A stretch of 64,000 bases of DNA, taken from positions 186,001 to 250,000 of the IMG/VR virus record IMGVR_UViG_3300036770_008729. One strand, 5' to 3'. Below the pieces are notes generated by a model that was not told where the DNA came from, searched no databases, and was given only the letters and a program-made list of their open reading frames with translations. How positions within the stretch are numbered: position 1 is the first letter of the stretch; each line of letters starts with the position of its first letter. Below are positions 42,395 to 52,462 of this stretch, one piece after another. A program made the translations under genes and the position numbers.

Positions 42395-42574
42395 TTAAAT
42401 TCTTTTCTTGAAATATCTTATCAACTCAAATACCAAATGAGCCGGCCAAATACTAATTATTAAAAGTGAAGCAATAACATTACTCTCACTAATCTTATTC
42501 TTTAATACTAACCAATTAATCCACAGGCCTCCACAAAGTAAGTAAAGACTCCATACTAACCAAAATACTAACAT
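42395..42574 (-). CDS. 59-aa 2-TM membrane protein (MLVFWLVWSL...)
   Basis: Translated manually; abuts stop of 42576..43166. Confidence 0.55.
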   Translation of the reverse strand: MLVFWLVWSLYLLCGGLWINWLVLKNKISESNVIASLLIISIWPAHLVFELIRYFKKRI

Positions 42575-42575
42575 A

Positions 42576-43166
42576 TTATTTCTTTTTTTTCTTTTTATTC
42601 ATTTCTTTTGCAAGCAAAAAAGCCGCCTTTAACTCCTCAGTTGCTAAATCCTTATATATGCTCCTCTTCAATTCTTTATTGTATTCACCCTTTATAATCT
42701 TACAATCAATAAAGTTGTGACACTTCAAAAGAGCACATAACCACTCTGTAGAATTACTAACTTGTAAAAAATACTCTTTATTGTCTACTAATAGACCTTT
42801 AAAAGCCTTTTCATTATCTTGAAACTTCTTTAATCTTGTAACCCAACTATCCTTTTCACTTGTTTCATATCTTTTACCATTATCTCTATTAACGTGAATA
42901 GCAACTTTACCAATAGGTGCCAAATTTTCAAATACAGAAATCAGGTCTGTTGACTTTTTTTCAAAATCAGTTAGTTCACCTAAAACCGATCTTAACTGAA
43001 GATCACGCTCTCTTGAAAGAAGATAATCTTTAGCTTCTTGATTCGATTTAAGCTCATACTGAAGAACTTCAACAGTAGAGTTTTTACCAATACGCTTTAA
43101 TAGTTCATTCTCAGACTTACAAAGTTTCCAAGAATACTTTGATTTTAAAATCCATATCTTATCCAT
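42576..43166 (-). CDS. Hypothetical protein, internal tag-like segment (ERDLQLRSVL)
   Basis: ORF track; TATATTTG at 43172-43179. Confidence 0.75.
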   Translation of the reverse strand: MDKIWILKSKYSWKLCKSENELLKRIGKNSTVEVLQYELKSNQEAKDYLLSRERDLQLRSVLGELTDFEKKSTDLISVFENLAPIGKVAIHVNRDNGKRYETSEKDSWVTRLKKFQDNEKAFKGLLVDNKEYFLQVSNSTEWLCALLKCHNFIDCKIIKGEYNKELKRSIYKDLATEELKAAFLLAKEMNKKKKKK

Positions 43167-43171
43167 AAATA

Positions 43172-43179
43172 CAAATATA
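43172..43179 (-). promoter_or_regulatory. Bacteroidota -7 element TATATTTG
   Basis: 5 nt before ATG at 43166. Confidence 0.55.
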
Positions 43180-43351
43180 CTAAAAATATTTTAAAAACAA
43201 TTATCTTCTAGTACAAATAATCCTAATTTGATGCCAAAACTCTCTTAAAGCCCAAATTAAAATAATAATCTCAATTATTCTGTAAATCCAAATCATAACT
43301 TAAAACTTTTTTATTATATTTATACTACAAATATAAAGTTGTTTCTCTAAA

Positions 43352-43774
43352 ATGAAATTCATTAAACTAAAAATAAGATTAGTAAAACCACCAACAATGA
43401 GTAACGCTAAACTACATATAGTTAGACTTATTAGAGAATGCTCCGAAAAAGACTTACACTTCTCAAAACACATTTTTGAAGACATCGTTGAAAAATATAC
43501 AGACTGGCACGAAATCGATATACCAGCAAAAAACTACCATAAATTTATCTCTGAAATAAACTCCTATACAGGTGAATTTGAAATAGTAAACCACGAAGAA
43601 TGGCAAAGAGAAATCACTTTACTAAAAATTGGAGTCGGTGAAAAACAAGATTACCAAACCGCAATAAAATCAATTATTGATTTTGGATTACAAGATAAAG
43701 ATATACTCCTGGACGAAATAATTAATAAATTAACAATTGAACAATTAAAAGAAGTAATGAATCTTATCCACTAA
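43352..43774 (+). CDS. Hypothetical protein
   Basis: ORF track; internal QREITLLKIG. Confidence 0.7.
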   Translation: MKFIKLKIRLVKPPTMSNAKLHIVRLIRECSEKDLHFSKHIFEDIVEKYTDWHEIDIPAKNYHKFISEINSYTGEFEIVNHEEWQREITLLKIGVGEKQDYQTAIKSIIDFGLQDKDILLDEIINKLTIEQLKEVMNLIH

Positions 43775-43787
43775 TTCTATTTTATAA

Positions 43788-44129
43788 TTAAGGCACATTT
43801 CTGTAAATCACCGCAAGCTCCAACACACCATCACCAATCAGCCTCCAATCATCCACATATTTCCTATCAGGATCACCCTCATAAAGAGGTCCCCAATATA
43901 TTATCCTCCCTCCTAAATACGACTCTAAATGCTCTAACTCACCCGACATATCCTCCACACTAAATGCGTAATTATTAGACACACAAGACCAAGCACCATC
44001 AGACATAGTTGAATGATAAACCACAAAACCCTCTTCATCCTTCTTGAAAGCAAATATATCATCTATGTATTGAAACATATCTGAATAAATATCAACACTC
44101 TCATTAAACTTCCTTATATGTTTCATCAC
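43788..44129 (-). CDS. Hypothetical protein with CTS-like N-terminus
   Basis: MKHIRKFNES. Confidence 0.75.
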   Translation of the reverse strand: MMKHIRKFNESVDIYSDMFQYIDDIFAFKKDEEGFVVYHSTMSDGAWSCVSNNYAFSVEDMSGELEHLESYLGGRIIYWGPLYEGDPDRKYVDDWRLIGDGVLELAVIYRNVP

Positions 44130-44141
44130 GGGTTTTATTTT

Positions 44142-44513
44142 TTAGAAATTATAAATTTCTAGTTTAATCCATCTCCTATCATCATTCACAACAACAGAAT
44201 AACCTATCTTTACTTGAGGGAATTCCATTTCCACTCTTTTAATAGAAACCTTTATCTCATTACAAAATTCCTGCAACCTGGAAGATTTCTGTATATAAGA
44301 ATCTAAAAATTCCACTAAATCTTTATCAACACCCAATTCTCTTGGAGTATTAACCATACTAGGCACCGGTACCATTATCTCATAATATGGATGTGAATAC
44401 TGAGGTGGTAGTTTAACCTCTTTAGCATTCCAATCTTCAATAAGATTGAGAAATATATAATGAATTGATAAAAACCCTTCATTAGATTCATTATATTTCT
44501 TTAAGTGTCTCAT
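44142..44513 (-). CDS. Hypothetical protein with CTS-like N-terminus
   Basis: MRHLKKYNES. Confidence 0.75.
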   Translation of the reverse strand: MRHLKKYNESNEGFLSIHYIFLNLIEDWNAKEVKLPPQYSHPYYEIMVPVPSMVNTPRELGVDKDLVEFLDSYIQKSSRLQEFCNEIKVSIKRVEMEFPQVKIGYSVVVNDDRRWIKLEIYNF

Positions 44514-44596
44514 TTTTACTTTTATTATTCTTATATATTATAACACAAACTTAAAAATTTTCAACTCACAACTTTATTCCTTATATTTACATCATA

Positions 44597-45265
44597 ATGC
44601 CATACCATAACATATCAAAAATATCAAAACAACTACTAGATTACTCTTTCTGGCACCTACCAGAAAACTCTAGAAATAAACTATTCACAAACATCAAAAG
44701 AATAGACCTAAAAGAACTATACGCAACCATATACCTCAACCTCTACGATAGGGAAATAATAACTGAACAAACCGAACCACATATATCCACCATAATCCCC
44801 TTAATAAGAGAGTGGAAAGAAACTAAAAACCTAATAGAAGAACAAGAAAGAAAAAAACTAACCTATCAAATAAACTCATCATTCCTTAAACTACAAAATA
44901 AATACCTCATTCACCAAGTCCTGAAAAACCTTTATACCACCCTAACCAAAGACACCAACATCATATACATCGATACAGATGTTATTTACCTAAATAACAC
45001 CACCAACGACATAGTAACAAAACTAAATGGAGTATACGGAAACTACCCCTCTGAACTTAATATAACAGACTTAGACTACCTATACATAATAAGACATAAA
45101 CTGGTAGCAGAACAAGGAAAAGGAATAACAAAAACAAATCTAGATAGACTAAGTATACACAGACAAAATAATACAGTAAAGTCTAAGATAATCTCAGATA
45201 ATAATGACCTAAAAACAACCTTTAATATACTTATAAGAGAAGATAAACTAAATAAAATCCTCTAA
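44597..45265 (+). CDS. Miniature family-B DNA polymerase palm-like protein with tag
   Basis: DLKELYATI (motif A-like), KLTYQINSSF (motif B-like), YIDTD (motif C); ends IREDKLNKIL. Confidence 0.5.
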   Translation: MPYHNISKISKQLLDYSFWHLPENSRNKLFTNIKRIDLKELYATIYLNLYDREIITEQTEPHISTIIPLIREWKETKNLIEEQERKKLTYQINSSFLKLQNKYLIHQVLKNLYTTLTKDTNIIYIDTDVIYLNNTTNDIVTKLNGVYGNYPSELNITDLDYLYIIRHKLVAEQGKGITKTNLDRLSIHRQNNTVKSKIISDNNDLKTTFNILIREDKLNKIL

Positions 45266-45267
45266 CA

Positions 45268-45591
45268 ATGACATCCCAAGAAATCAAACTCTACGGCAGA
45301 CAAATAGTAGAATCAATCACCAAAAGCGATATACCATACACCGATATCAATAAATGTAAAGAATTTCATATCGATTTCTCATTTCCAAGCTGGTCAATAG
45401 GCAAAGGCACAAACCCTAATCATAATATACTCGGACACTCACATATAATACTAACCTGGAACGCAATGCCTCATAAAAAATCCAGCATAATATGGACTAA
45501 CCTAAAACAAATAAAAACAACTGAATTAAACTCAATTATAGAAGCAATTAAAAGAGATATAAAATTAAATACAATACTAATCCATAACTAA
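45268..45591 (+). CDS. Hypothetical protein with tag (KRDIKLNTIL)
   Basis: ORF track. Confidence 0.65.
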   Translation: MTSQEIKLYGRQIVESITKSDIPYTDINKCKEFHIDFSFPSWSIGKGTNPNHNILGHSHIILTWNAMPHKKSSIIWTNLKQIKTTELNSIIEAIKRDIKLNTILIHN

Positions 45592-46083
45592 AAACCATAA
45601 ATGAATAGGTACATAACTATTACAAATAACATCACCATTATCATTTAAATAAGATATACGACTATTTAACTTCGATACCAAATCATATACCCTAGATATC
45701 AACATATCCGTAGAACTAAAATTCTCCTTACTCAACATCTCCTGACTACCAAAATAATTCCAACCCCATAACACAACCGGCTTCATCTCATAATCAGATA
45801 TAACATTTAATATATGCTGAACTAAATCACCTCCTCTTAACGATTCATCTAAATCATTCCAACTCATAGAAGAATAATCACATGCAAATGAGACATCTAT
45901 CACCTTCTTTCCATAAATACTCTTTGGAATACTACCACTTACCATTATAGCAAATCTATGAGGCTCACCATTTAATAAAAATTCCTTTACTCCAATCTTA
46001 CTCTTTATTAAATCAGATAGTGGCCTTAACTCAGATGATTTTAAACCCGATTCAAATATTTTATACTCTTTTATATGTTTCAT
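45577..46083 (-). CDS. Hypothetical protein with CTS-like N-terminus
   Basis: MKHIKEYKIFES. Confidence 0.75.
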   Translation of the reverse strand: MKHIKEYKIFESGLKSSELRPLSDLIKSKIGVKEFLLNGEPHRFAIMVSGSIPKSIYGKKVIDVSFACDYSSMSWNDLDESLRGGDLVQHILNVISDYEMKPVVLWGWNYFGSQEMLSKENFSSTDMLISRVYDLVSKLNSRISYLNDNGDVICNSYVPIHLWFLVMD

Positions 46084-46126
46084 AATCTATATATTCTCTT
46101 TGAAAATCTAAAAGCCATAAATTTAA

Positions 46127-46576
46127 TTAAATAACTTGTTTATTAATTACAAAGAATGAACCCGACTTAGTTGGAATTATACCTGCATTTCGATAGAACT
46201 TACCATCATAAACGGAAACACCCATTACTAAGTCTGTTCCAGTCAAACTTGTATCACCATAGTGAATTATATTCTTTGATGGCCAGTCTCCAGATGTATT
46301 TGAATTCTGGAAGTGTATGAATTGCTTATCTGATCCAATGTATGCTGAGTCATCATTAGAGCCTCTTCTAAACAAAGCTCCATTAAGGACATTATTTAAG
46401 CGAAATGCTTTTGCGGACTTTTCCATAGTCTGATTTTCTATATCATATACATCAATTAACAAAACTGTTGAATGATTAATTTCTCTCAACTCGGTTTCAA
46501 TTTCACCTACTTTTGCTTCTAATCCATCTACTCTTCCTCTTAGTACTGCTAAATCTTTTTCTTCTGCAAATGCCAT
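46127..46576 (-). CDS. Hypothetical protein with N-terminal coiled coil
   Basis: ORF track; follows fibre-like gene. Confidence 0.7.
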   Translation of the reverse strand: MAFAEEKDLAVLRGRVDGLEAKVGEIETELREINHSTVLLIDVYDIENQTMEKSAKAFRLNNVLNGALFRRGSNDDSAYIGSDKQFIHFQNSNTSGDWPSKNIIHYGDTSLTGTDLVMGVSVYDGKFYRNAGIIPTKSGSFFVINKQVI

Positions 46577-46592
46577 ATTATAATATTATTTT

Positions 46593-48206
46593 TTAGTTTA
46601 ATAAAGGTTTTATTAGATATATCTTATCTTTTGTTAGTTGCCAAGCTCTAAAGTCAGCTGTTTTTAAGTCCCCAAACCTAAAGAACTTATTATCAACTCC
46701 TGGACCCGTAGAAGGAATAATCGCATAACTCTCATCAAATGTATCAGTCGTATAACTAGTTATAATCATCGGACAATCTGGATGTGATATAATATTAGAA
46801 TAAGATAAAATTGGTATTTCTTCACCATTTTCCCCCATCCTCACCCAAGGTATGTCTGCATATGTTTCCCACCAAGTTTGAATATCTTCTATTAATTCAG
46901 TAACTACATTTGTAGTAATGTCGTATTTGCAGAAACTATAATAGGTAACACTATCTACCTCCTTATTTCTTATATAAAAGAAATTTGTACCCGTCATAAA
47001 AGAGGTATCTAAGTAGTCATTAATATCAAAGTTACCTTCAATGAAGTTATCCCATCCAGTATTCAAGTCACTAAACAAACCATAGTCAGCATCATTTACA
47101 TCTCTTTTATCTATAATCTCACTACCAGTTATTACACCATTACCATCTATAATCATTTTAAATCTTACAAAGGTATTTCCAAAATAGTCAGCAGCAACAT
47201 AAAAAATTGGATAATATATAAACTCTATACCATCTTCAATCTTTCTTAAATTGTAACCAAAAGATTGCCAATTTACATCTGGATAAACCGTATCAGTTAC
47301 ATTAAATGTAATGTCATTGCCGTCAACTGTTATCGAATCACCAATTTTATAATCCTTTCCAGACTCAGAAACATTAACAGTAGTTTCAATTTTATTAACC
47401 GTTTGTATAATAAAACTAAAGGTACCATTACCAAGATCATTTGTTGTTACCACATCACCTACTAAATAGTAACCATTACCTGATGTTATTATAGGGTTAG
47501 GATCAACATAAATCTCAAAGTTACCATCTACATCAAATGTCACCTCAATTTGAGCTCCTGATCCGGATCCGGTAGTTGATTCAGCATCAAATATTAATGT
47601 TTGTCCTGCATATCCTGCAGGATCAATAAAACTTACAGTGTCTAGGCCAACTGATGTTATTTCGTAAGTTGATATTACTTCCACAACTAATCCTGTTCCT
47701 GATCCACCAGTTGTGTTATAAGTTCCATCTGAGGAAGTTCCAATTACAGGAGTATCTATTGAAATAACTTGTCCATAATCTAAAACATAATCAGATAATT
47801 TCAGACCAAGTTCTTCTATTGGTGAATGTGCGCTTGTAAATACTAACTTATTTCCTTGTTCTTTAAATAAACCCCAAATTAGCGGATATTTATTTATGTC
47901 AAAACTCGGATTTGGAAAAACATTACCTTGTTCTAGTGTTGCCATTCTACAAATATGAAAAGCATCTGAACTCACATCGAATTTACCCCAATACTCATAC
48001 ACATAAATGGATTGAGTTCCACGTGGAAAATTTTGACTATCACAGATTAGTGTAGTTGATTCAACACTTTTCTCATATGATGCAACTTTATCAGTTGGTG
48101 AGTCACTTCTTAACGAAATTTCACCCGAGTCATTAAATGAAAAGGAAATATACCCCTCAGGTGGTGTGTTGGATTCACTTTTCTTAAAGAGAAGTCTTTT
48201 TGGCAT
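46593..48206 (-). CDS. Putative virion fibre or decoration protein
   Basis: Shared N-module MPKRLLF..TPPEGYIS; repeated TTGGSGTG/GSGSGA..G.GY..GD motifs. Confidence 0.65.
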   Translation of the reverse strand: MPKRLLFKKSESNTPPEGYISFSFNDSGEISLRSDSPTDKVASYEKSVESTTLICDSQNFPRGTQSIYVYEYWGKFDVSSDAFHICRMATLEQGNVFPNPSFDINKYPLIWGLFKEQGNKLVFTSAHSPIEELGLKLSDYVLDYGQVISIDTPVIGTSSDGTYNTTGGSGTGLVVEVISTYEITSVGLDTVSFIDPAGYAGQTLIFDAESTTGSGSGAQIEVTFDVDGNFEIYVDPNPIITSGNGYYLVGDVVTTNDLGNGTFSFIIQTVNKIETTVNVSESGKDYKIGDSITVDGNDITFNVTDTVYPDVNWQSFGYNLRKIEDGIEFIYYPIFYVAADYFGNTFVRFKMIIDGNGVITGSEIIDKRDVNDADYGLFSDLNTGWDNFIEGNFDINDYLDTSFMTGTNFFYIRNKEVDSVTYYSFCKYDITTNVVTELIEDIQTWWETYADIPWVRMGENGEEIPILSYSNIISHPDCPMIITSYTTDTFDESYAIIPSTGPGVDNKFFRFGDLKTADFRAWQLTKDKIYLIKPLLN

Positions 48207-48331
48207 TTATAAAATTATTTTCTTTATATATTAAGATAAATTAGTTAAATAACTTCAACTACCTAAAATTAAAAGAGAATCAAGCAGATGACCTCTCAGA
48301 AACCTCCAATTAAAACAAATAAGAATATAAC

Positions 48332-48559
48332 CTATTTAAGCATTATAACACCATTGAAATTTGTAAATGAAGTATCTATCTTTTGATAAGATATCATTGA
48401 AATTTCATAAACCACTTCATCCTTTGGAATTGATAATTGGCCTTCTAAATCAGAATAATAAACCGATTTATTTGTCCTAACCTCAACCCCAGTTAGTTTT
48501 TCTCCTGTTTTGGCATCAGTAAATAGAAGATTAAATATTAATGTTAAATAAAGTAGCAT
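48332..48559 (-). CDS. CarboxypepD_reg-like small protein
   Basis: TDAKTGEKLTGVEV...SDLEG.....ISMISYQ. Confidence 0.55.
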   Translation of the reverse strand: MLLYLTLIFNLLFTDAKTGEKLTGVEVRTNKSVYYSDLEGQLSIPKDEVVYEISMISYQKIDTSFTNFNGVIMLK

Positions 48560-48726
48560 AATGCAATGTTAAATTTTTAATTTATATATCATTTTTTTGA
48601 AAAAAATCGACATTTTTTTATTACATTTAATATATAAATAATAATTACTTAACAATTCCATAATATAAAAAATTAAAAAAGGTGATGGTTATTTAAAACA
48701 AGTACAAAAATATTTAAGTTTATAAT

Positions 48727-49452
48727 ATGAAATTAATAGGATTAACAAGAATACGAAATGAATCTGAAATAATACAAGATACATTAGACCATATGTCTAC
48801 ATTTTGTTCAGAAGTTATAGTATATGATGATTGTAGTACAGATAATACTGTTGAAATATGTGAAAATCATCCTATAGTTAGTAAAATAGTTAAAGGGTTA
48901 GAGTGGTCTAATAATAGATTTAAAGAAGAATATAGAAATAGACAAGAATTATTTTTAGAAGCAAAAAAAATATTAGAACCAAATGATTGGTTTGTTTATA
49001 TGGATGCTGATGAAAGAATAGAATTTGATTGGTCTATATTGAATAATAATATAGACGCTGTAAGAATGAGACTTTTTGATTTTTATATTACAGAAGAAGA
49101 TAAACATTTAAATTATAAAAATCGTAAATGGATGGGACCGGAATATAGAGATATTTTATTTGCATTTAGAATGGGAGCATCTTTAGGATGGTTTTATAAT
49201 GACCAACGAGAATGTTCTTTGAGTTCTAATAAAATAATTTTAAGTGGTTTTGTTAAACATTATGGAAAATCAATTTCAATAGAGGAATGGGAAAAAACTT
49301 GTAATTATTATTCCAATCATTTTCCCGAACCTTATAAATCTAAATGGCAAAATAGAAAAGGTAAAGCAATTCACATAAAAAGTGATTTTGATAGACCATT
49401 AATAACTTGGGATGAAAAACAGACATCTGTACATTTATTTAAATTACATTAA
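48727..49452 (+). CDS. GT2-like glycosyltransferase
   Basis: RIRNE..IIQDTL, VYDDCSTDNT, YMDADER. Confidence 0.85.
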   Translation: MKLIGLTRIRNESEIIQDTLDHMSTFCSEVIVYDDCSTDNTVEICENHPIVSKIVKGLEWSNNRFKEEYRNRQELFLEAKKILEPNDWFVYMDADERIEFDWSILNNNIDAVRMRLFDFYITEEDKHLNYKNRKWMGPEYRDILFAFRMGASLGWFYNDQRECSLSSNKIILSGFVKHYGKSISIEEWEKTCNYYSNHFPEPYKSKWQNRKGKAIHIKSDFDRPLITWDEKQTSVHLFKLH

Positions 49453-49505
49453 ATAAGAAAAGAATCTTATTAAATGTCAAATTATAAAAAATTAAACATA
49501 ACACC

Positions 49506-49835
49506 ATGAAAAAACTAATCACCATCGCACTCATCTTCAACTTAGGAGTTTGTTTCTCTCAAACACAAAAGGTTGAAAAAAAAGACCAATCTGGTCGAAT
49601 CGAAGAAACTGGTTTCCTAAAATCAGGTGTTAGAGATTCCATATGGACTTCTTATTTCTCTGATGGCACAATTAAAGCAATCGCTTACTATAAAGAAGGA
49701 GTAAAAGTTGGAACTTGGAAAACATTCCACCAAAATGGTAACTCAATGTTTGAAATATCATATTACGAAGGAAGAAAAAAATCCGGCATCCAATACGATG
49801 GTTCTGGTAATGTAGTTGAGAAAAAAGAATGGTAA
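49506..49835 (+). CDS. Secreted MORN-variant repeat protein
   Basis: Signal peptide; G.W..Y...G repeats. Confidence 0.75.
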   Translation: MKKLITIALIFNLGVCFSQTQKVEKKDQSGRIEETGFLKSGVRDSIWTSYFSDGTIKAIAYYKEGVKVGTWKTFHQNGNSMFEISYYEGRKKSGIQYDGSGNVVEKKEW

Positions 49836-49856
49836 AATCTATATGAAAATAGGAGT

Positions 49857-50456
49857 ATGAAAAATCTAATTCTATTTACATTTATTTGTATCAATTACAC
49901 TTGGGCACAACAGAAAGATAGTTCTACTTCTAAAAAAACAGAAGGCTATGTTACTTATGCTACTATTATTAATGGCGATACCCTTCCTATGGTGTATTTA
50001 AATCCTGTGTGGTGTGTCGAGAAAAGAGTATTCAAAAATCAATTTCAGGCATGGAAATACCAACGATTGATAAAGAACATCAAAGCGGCTTATCCTTTTG
50101 CAAAAATTGCAGGCAGAAAAATGAAAGAATATAACAAATTACTGATCAATGTTAAAAGCGAAGAAGAAAAACATCGAATGATGAAAAAAATTGAAAAAGA
50201 ATTAAAATCAGAATTTGAAAACGATTTAAAAAACCTTACTATAACTCAGGGTAGAATTTTACTAAAACTCATAGACAGAGAAACAGGAAATACTTCATAT
50301 ACCATTGTAAAAGAACTCAGAGGAACTTTTTCAGCTACTTTCTGGCAAACCATTGCCTTATTATTTGGAAATGACCTCAAATCAGAATACAATTCAACTG
50401 GTGACGACAAACAAATCGAAGAAATCATTCAACTCATCGAAAAAGGAGAGATTTAA
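49857..50456 (+). CDS. DUF4294 family protein (Bacteroidota)
   Basis: AYPFAK, LKNLTITQGRILLKLIDRETG, FWQTIA.LFG.DLK.EY. Confidence 0.8.
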   Translation: MKNLILFTFICINYTWAQQKDSSTSKKTEGYVTYATIINGDTLPMVYLNPVWCVEKRVFKNQFQAWKYQRLIKNIKAAYPFAKIAGRKMKEYNKLLINVKSEEEKHRMMKKIEKELKSEFENDLKNLTITQGRILLKLIDRETGNTSYTIVKELRGTFSATFWQTIALLFGNDLKSEYNSTGDDKQIEEIIQLIEKGEI

Positions 50457-50575
50457 CCATTTTCTTTTTTTAATAAGAAATTAGATTTACTCACATTTAC
50501 TCTGACGGTTCCCGGTTTAAAAAATTTTTCCCACCAACCAGTTTAAAAAAATTTCCACAAGGCCCCACCACACCA

Positions 50576-51295
50576 TCATAATCCAAACCTCGACTTAGTT
50601 GCGTTATAGTTTTGTAATACCTCTGATGGTGAAAGTGATCTGTTATATATTTTAAGATTTGGTAAATAACCATTAGTATAATTTGATGAAGTGTTTCTTC
50701 CTACAACATAGTTAGATGTATACATTTGTAAATTTAAAGAACTAGAACCCACTACTGATATGGTTATCTCAACACCATTGAGATATATTTTAGCTACTGA
50801 ACCAGTTCTAGTAAAGGACAAATTATACCATTGGTTTGTGTTTAAAGTTGTAGTTGTAGTAGTATAAAAGTAAGTATTATTACTTAAACTTATCTGGAAA
50901 TAAATATTTCTACTTCCATCAGTGCCAAATTGATTACTTTTTACATTCGTATCATTATCCAGATTTGAAAAAATTGTAAACCTATTACCGAGCATATAAA
51001 TCCATGAATCAATTGTATATGTGTTATTTAATATTGAAGAATTTAATAAAACATAATCATCACTGCCATCAAACACAATACTTCCACCATTAACAGAACT
51101 AAATGCAGGAGAACCACTCAAAGTTCCATTATTCAAATTTCCACTCAAATCCCTCCATAAAGTTCCCGACCCTGGATAAGAATCCTTTTTACCAGCATCT
51201 AAATGTAAAACCAATCCATCCCCCACTATACCTCCATAATATGATATCCTTCCTGACATATATCTATATATTCCCCAAATAATTGACAACTTCAT
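50576..51295 (-). CDS. LamG/concanavalin-A-like lectin domain protein (start probably MSGRIS)
   Basis: GLVLHLDAG..SYPGSGT.W.DLS, FDGSDDYV, IYNRSLS..EVLQNYNA. Confidence 0.85.
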   Translation of the reverse strand: MKLSIIWGIYRYMSGRISYYGGIVGDGLVLHLDAGKKDSYPGSGTLWRDLSGNLNNGTLSGSPAFSSVNGGSIVFDGSDDYVLLNSSILNNTYTIDSWIYMLGNRFTIFSNLDNDTNVKSNQFGTDGSRNIYFQISLSNNTYFYTTTTTTLNTNQWYNLSFTRTGSVAKIYLNGVEITISVVGSSSLNLQMYTSNYVVGRNTSSNYTNGYLPNLKIYNRSLSPSEVLQNYNATKSRFGL

Positions 51296-51331
51296 ATAAA
51301 TAAATCAAAATAATAAAGTATATTTATACTA

Positions 51332-51673
51332 ATGAAAATATCCAACAACCAACTAAAAAACAACCCAGAATTCTATCAATTCCTATGCAGAGTATGCGAA
51401 GAAACCACCGGCGATGTATTATACAATACACACACAGAAATCGACCACATAACAAATGAAGAAGATTACAAAGATAAAACTAAAGCCTTCAGTATAAAAT
51501 ATAGATTAGTCTATCTACCTATGAAGAATGACAGTAACGCAGAACAAATTGAATATTCTATATCTAAATCTCATATAATAGATAACCTCAATTGGACCTG
51601 GATATACAATATGATAGAAAAAGAAGTTAAAATGATACTAAGAGATAATAAACTAAATGAATTAGGAATATGA
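51332..51673 (+). CDS. Hypothetical protein with tag (LRDNKLNELGI)
   Basis: ORF track. Confidence 0.7.
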   Translation: MKISNNQLKNNPEFYQFLCRVCEETTGDVLYNTHTEIDHITNEEDYKDKTKAFSIKYRLVYLPMKNDSNAEQIEYSISKSHIIDNLNWTWIYNMIEKEVKMILRDNKLNELGI

Positions 51674-51900
51674 ATTGGCAAAGCTTTAAATGCTCAATAT
51701 CACTACATAATTGGGAACATAGTAAAGAAGATATTGAATGGGAAAGTTCTATTGGTAAAAAAATAACCATATCAACAAGTATTAGAATATGCCAAAATTG
51801 CCATAAAAAACAAAGATATTCCGTTCAAGGTTGGGTAGATTGGAATAAATTATCAAAAGAACAATTGAGAGATAAAAAGATTAAACAATTAGGAATATGA
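51670..51900 (+). CDS. Cys/His small protein with tag (LRDKKIKQLGI)
   Basis: C...H.W...CQNC. Confidence 0.7.
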   Translation: MNWQSFKCSISLHNWEHSKEDIEWESSIGKKITISTSIRICQNCHKKQRYSVQGWVDWNKLSKEQLRDKKIKQLGI

Positions 51901-52145
51901 AAGTAGTTTGTATAGATAATGAATTAAAAAGGTCAAGTGAGCTAGTAAAACCAATTAAACTAACAAATCTTACAATTGGTAAGGTATATGAATCACCAAT
52001 TGTAGGACTACCTGGTATGTGGTCTATCATTGGTAGGGTCGCCATAACATGTGATGATGGTATTGTAAGAGATTATTCGACTACTAGATTTATTGCATTA
52101 GAAGAGTGGAGAGAAATACAATTAAATAAAATAGGATTACAATGA
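51897..52145 (+). CDS. Hypothetical protein with tag (WREIQLNKIG)
   Basis: MKVVCIDN..LTIGKVYE pattern. Confidence 0.7.
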   Translation: MKVVCIDNELKRSSELVKPIKLTNLTIGKVYESPIVGLPGMWSIIGRVAITCDDGIVRDYSTTRFIALEEWREIQLNKIGLQ

Positions 52146-52462
52146 AACTTAGTGATTGGGAAGAAAAACTAGTCGAAGATATCGATATCATTTTTAGTGG
52201 TGGTTATAGTGAAAACTTTAACGAAGAACAGATTGAAGAAGTAAAACAACTTTCTTTTCTTCTGAATCATATTGAGTTGAAATATAATTCAGTAGTCTTT
52301 TCTTATGATGCTTTTAACCTTATAGTTAGCGGGATAGAAGAATTACCAAGTGAATGGGCTAAAGAACATATCATACAATGCATTAAAAATTCTGATGAAT
52401 TTAAGGGAGCTTACAAATTATTTGTTCGTGATTTTACAATTGATAAGATTATTAAAAAATGA
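52142..52462 (+). CDS. Hypothetical protein with tag (VRDFTIDKII)
   Basis: ORF track. Confidence 0.7.
   Translation: MKLSDWEEKLVEDIDIIFSGGYSENFNEEQIEEVKQLSFLLNHIELKYNSVVFSYDAFNLIVSGIEELPSEWAKEHIIQCIKNSDEFKGAYKLFVRDFTIDKIIKK

Noticed and set aside
43352-43774. Possible ribosomal L7/L12 C-terminal-like motif (KLHIVRLIRECSEKDLHFSK)
   Set aside because: Similarity too weak to call by eye
50486-50580. C-rich intergenic stretch with duplicated gtttaaaaaa-ttt-cc
   Set aside because: Only two short copies; may reflect the regional skew, so no function can be supported
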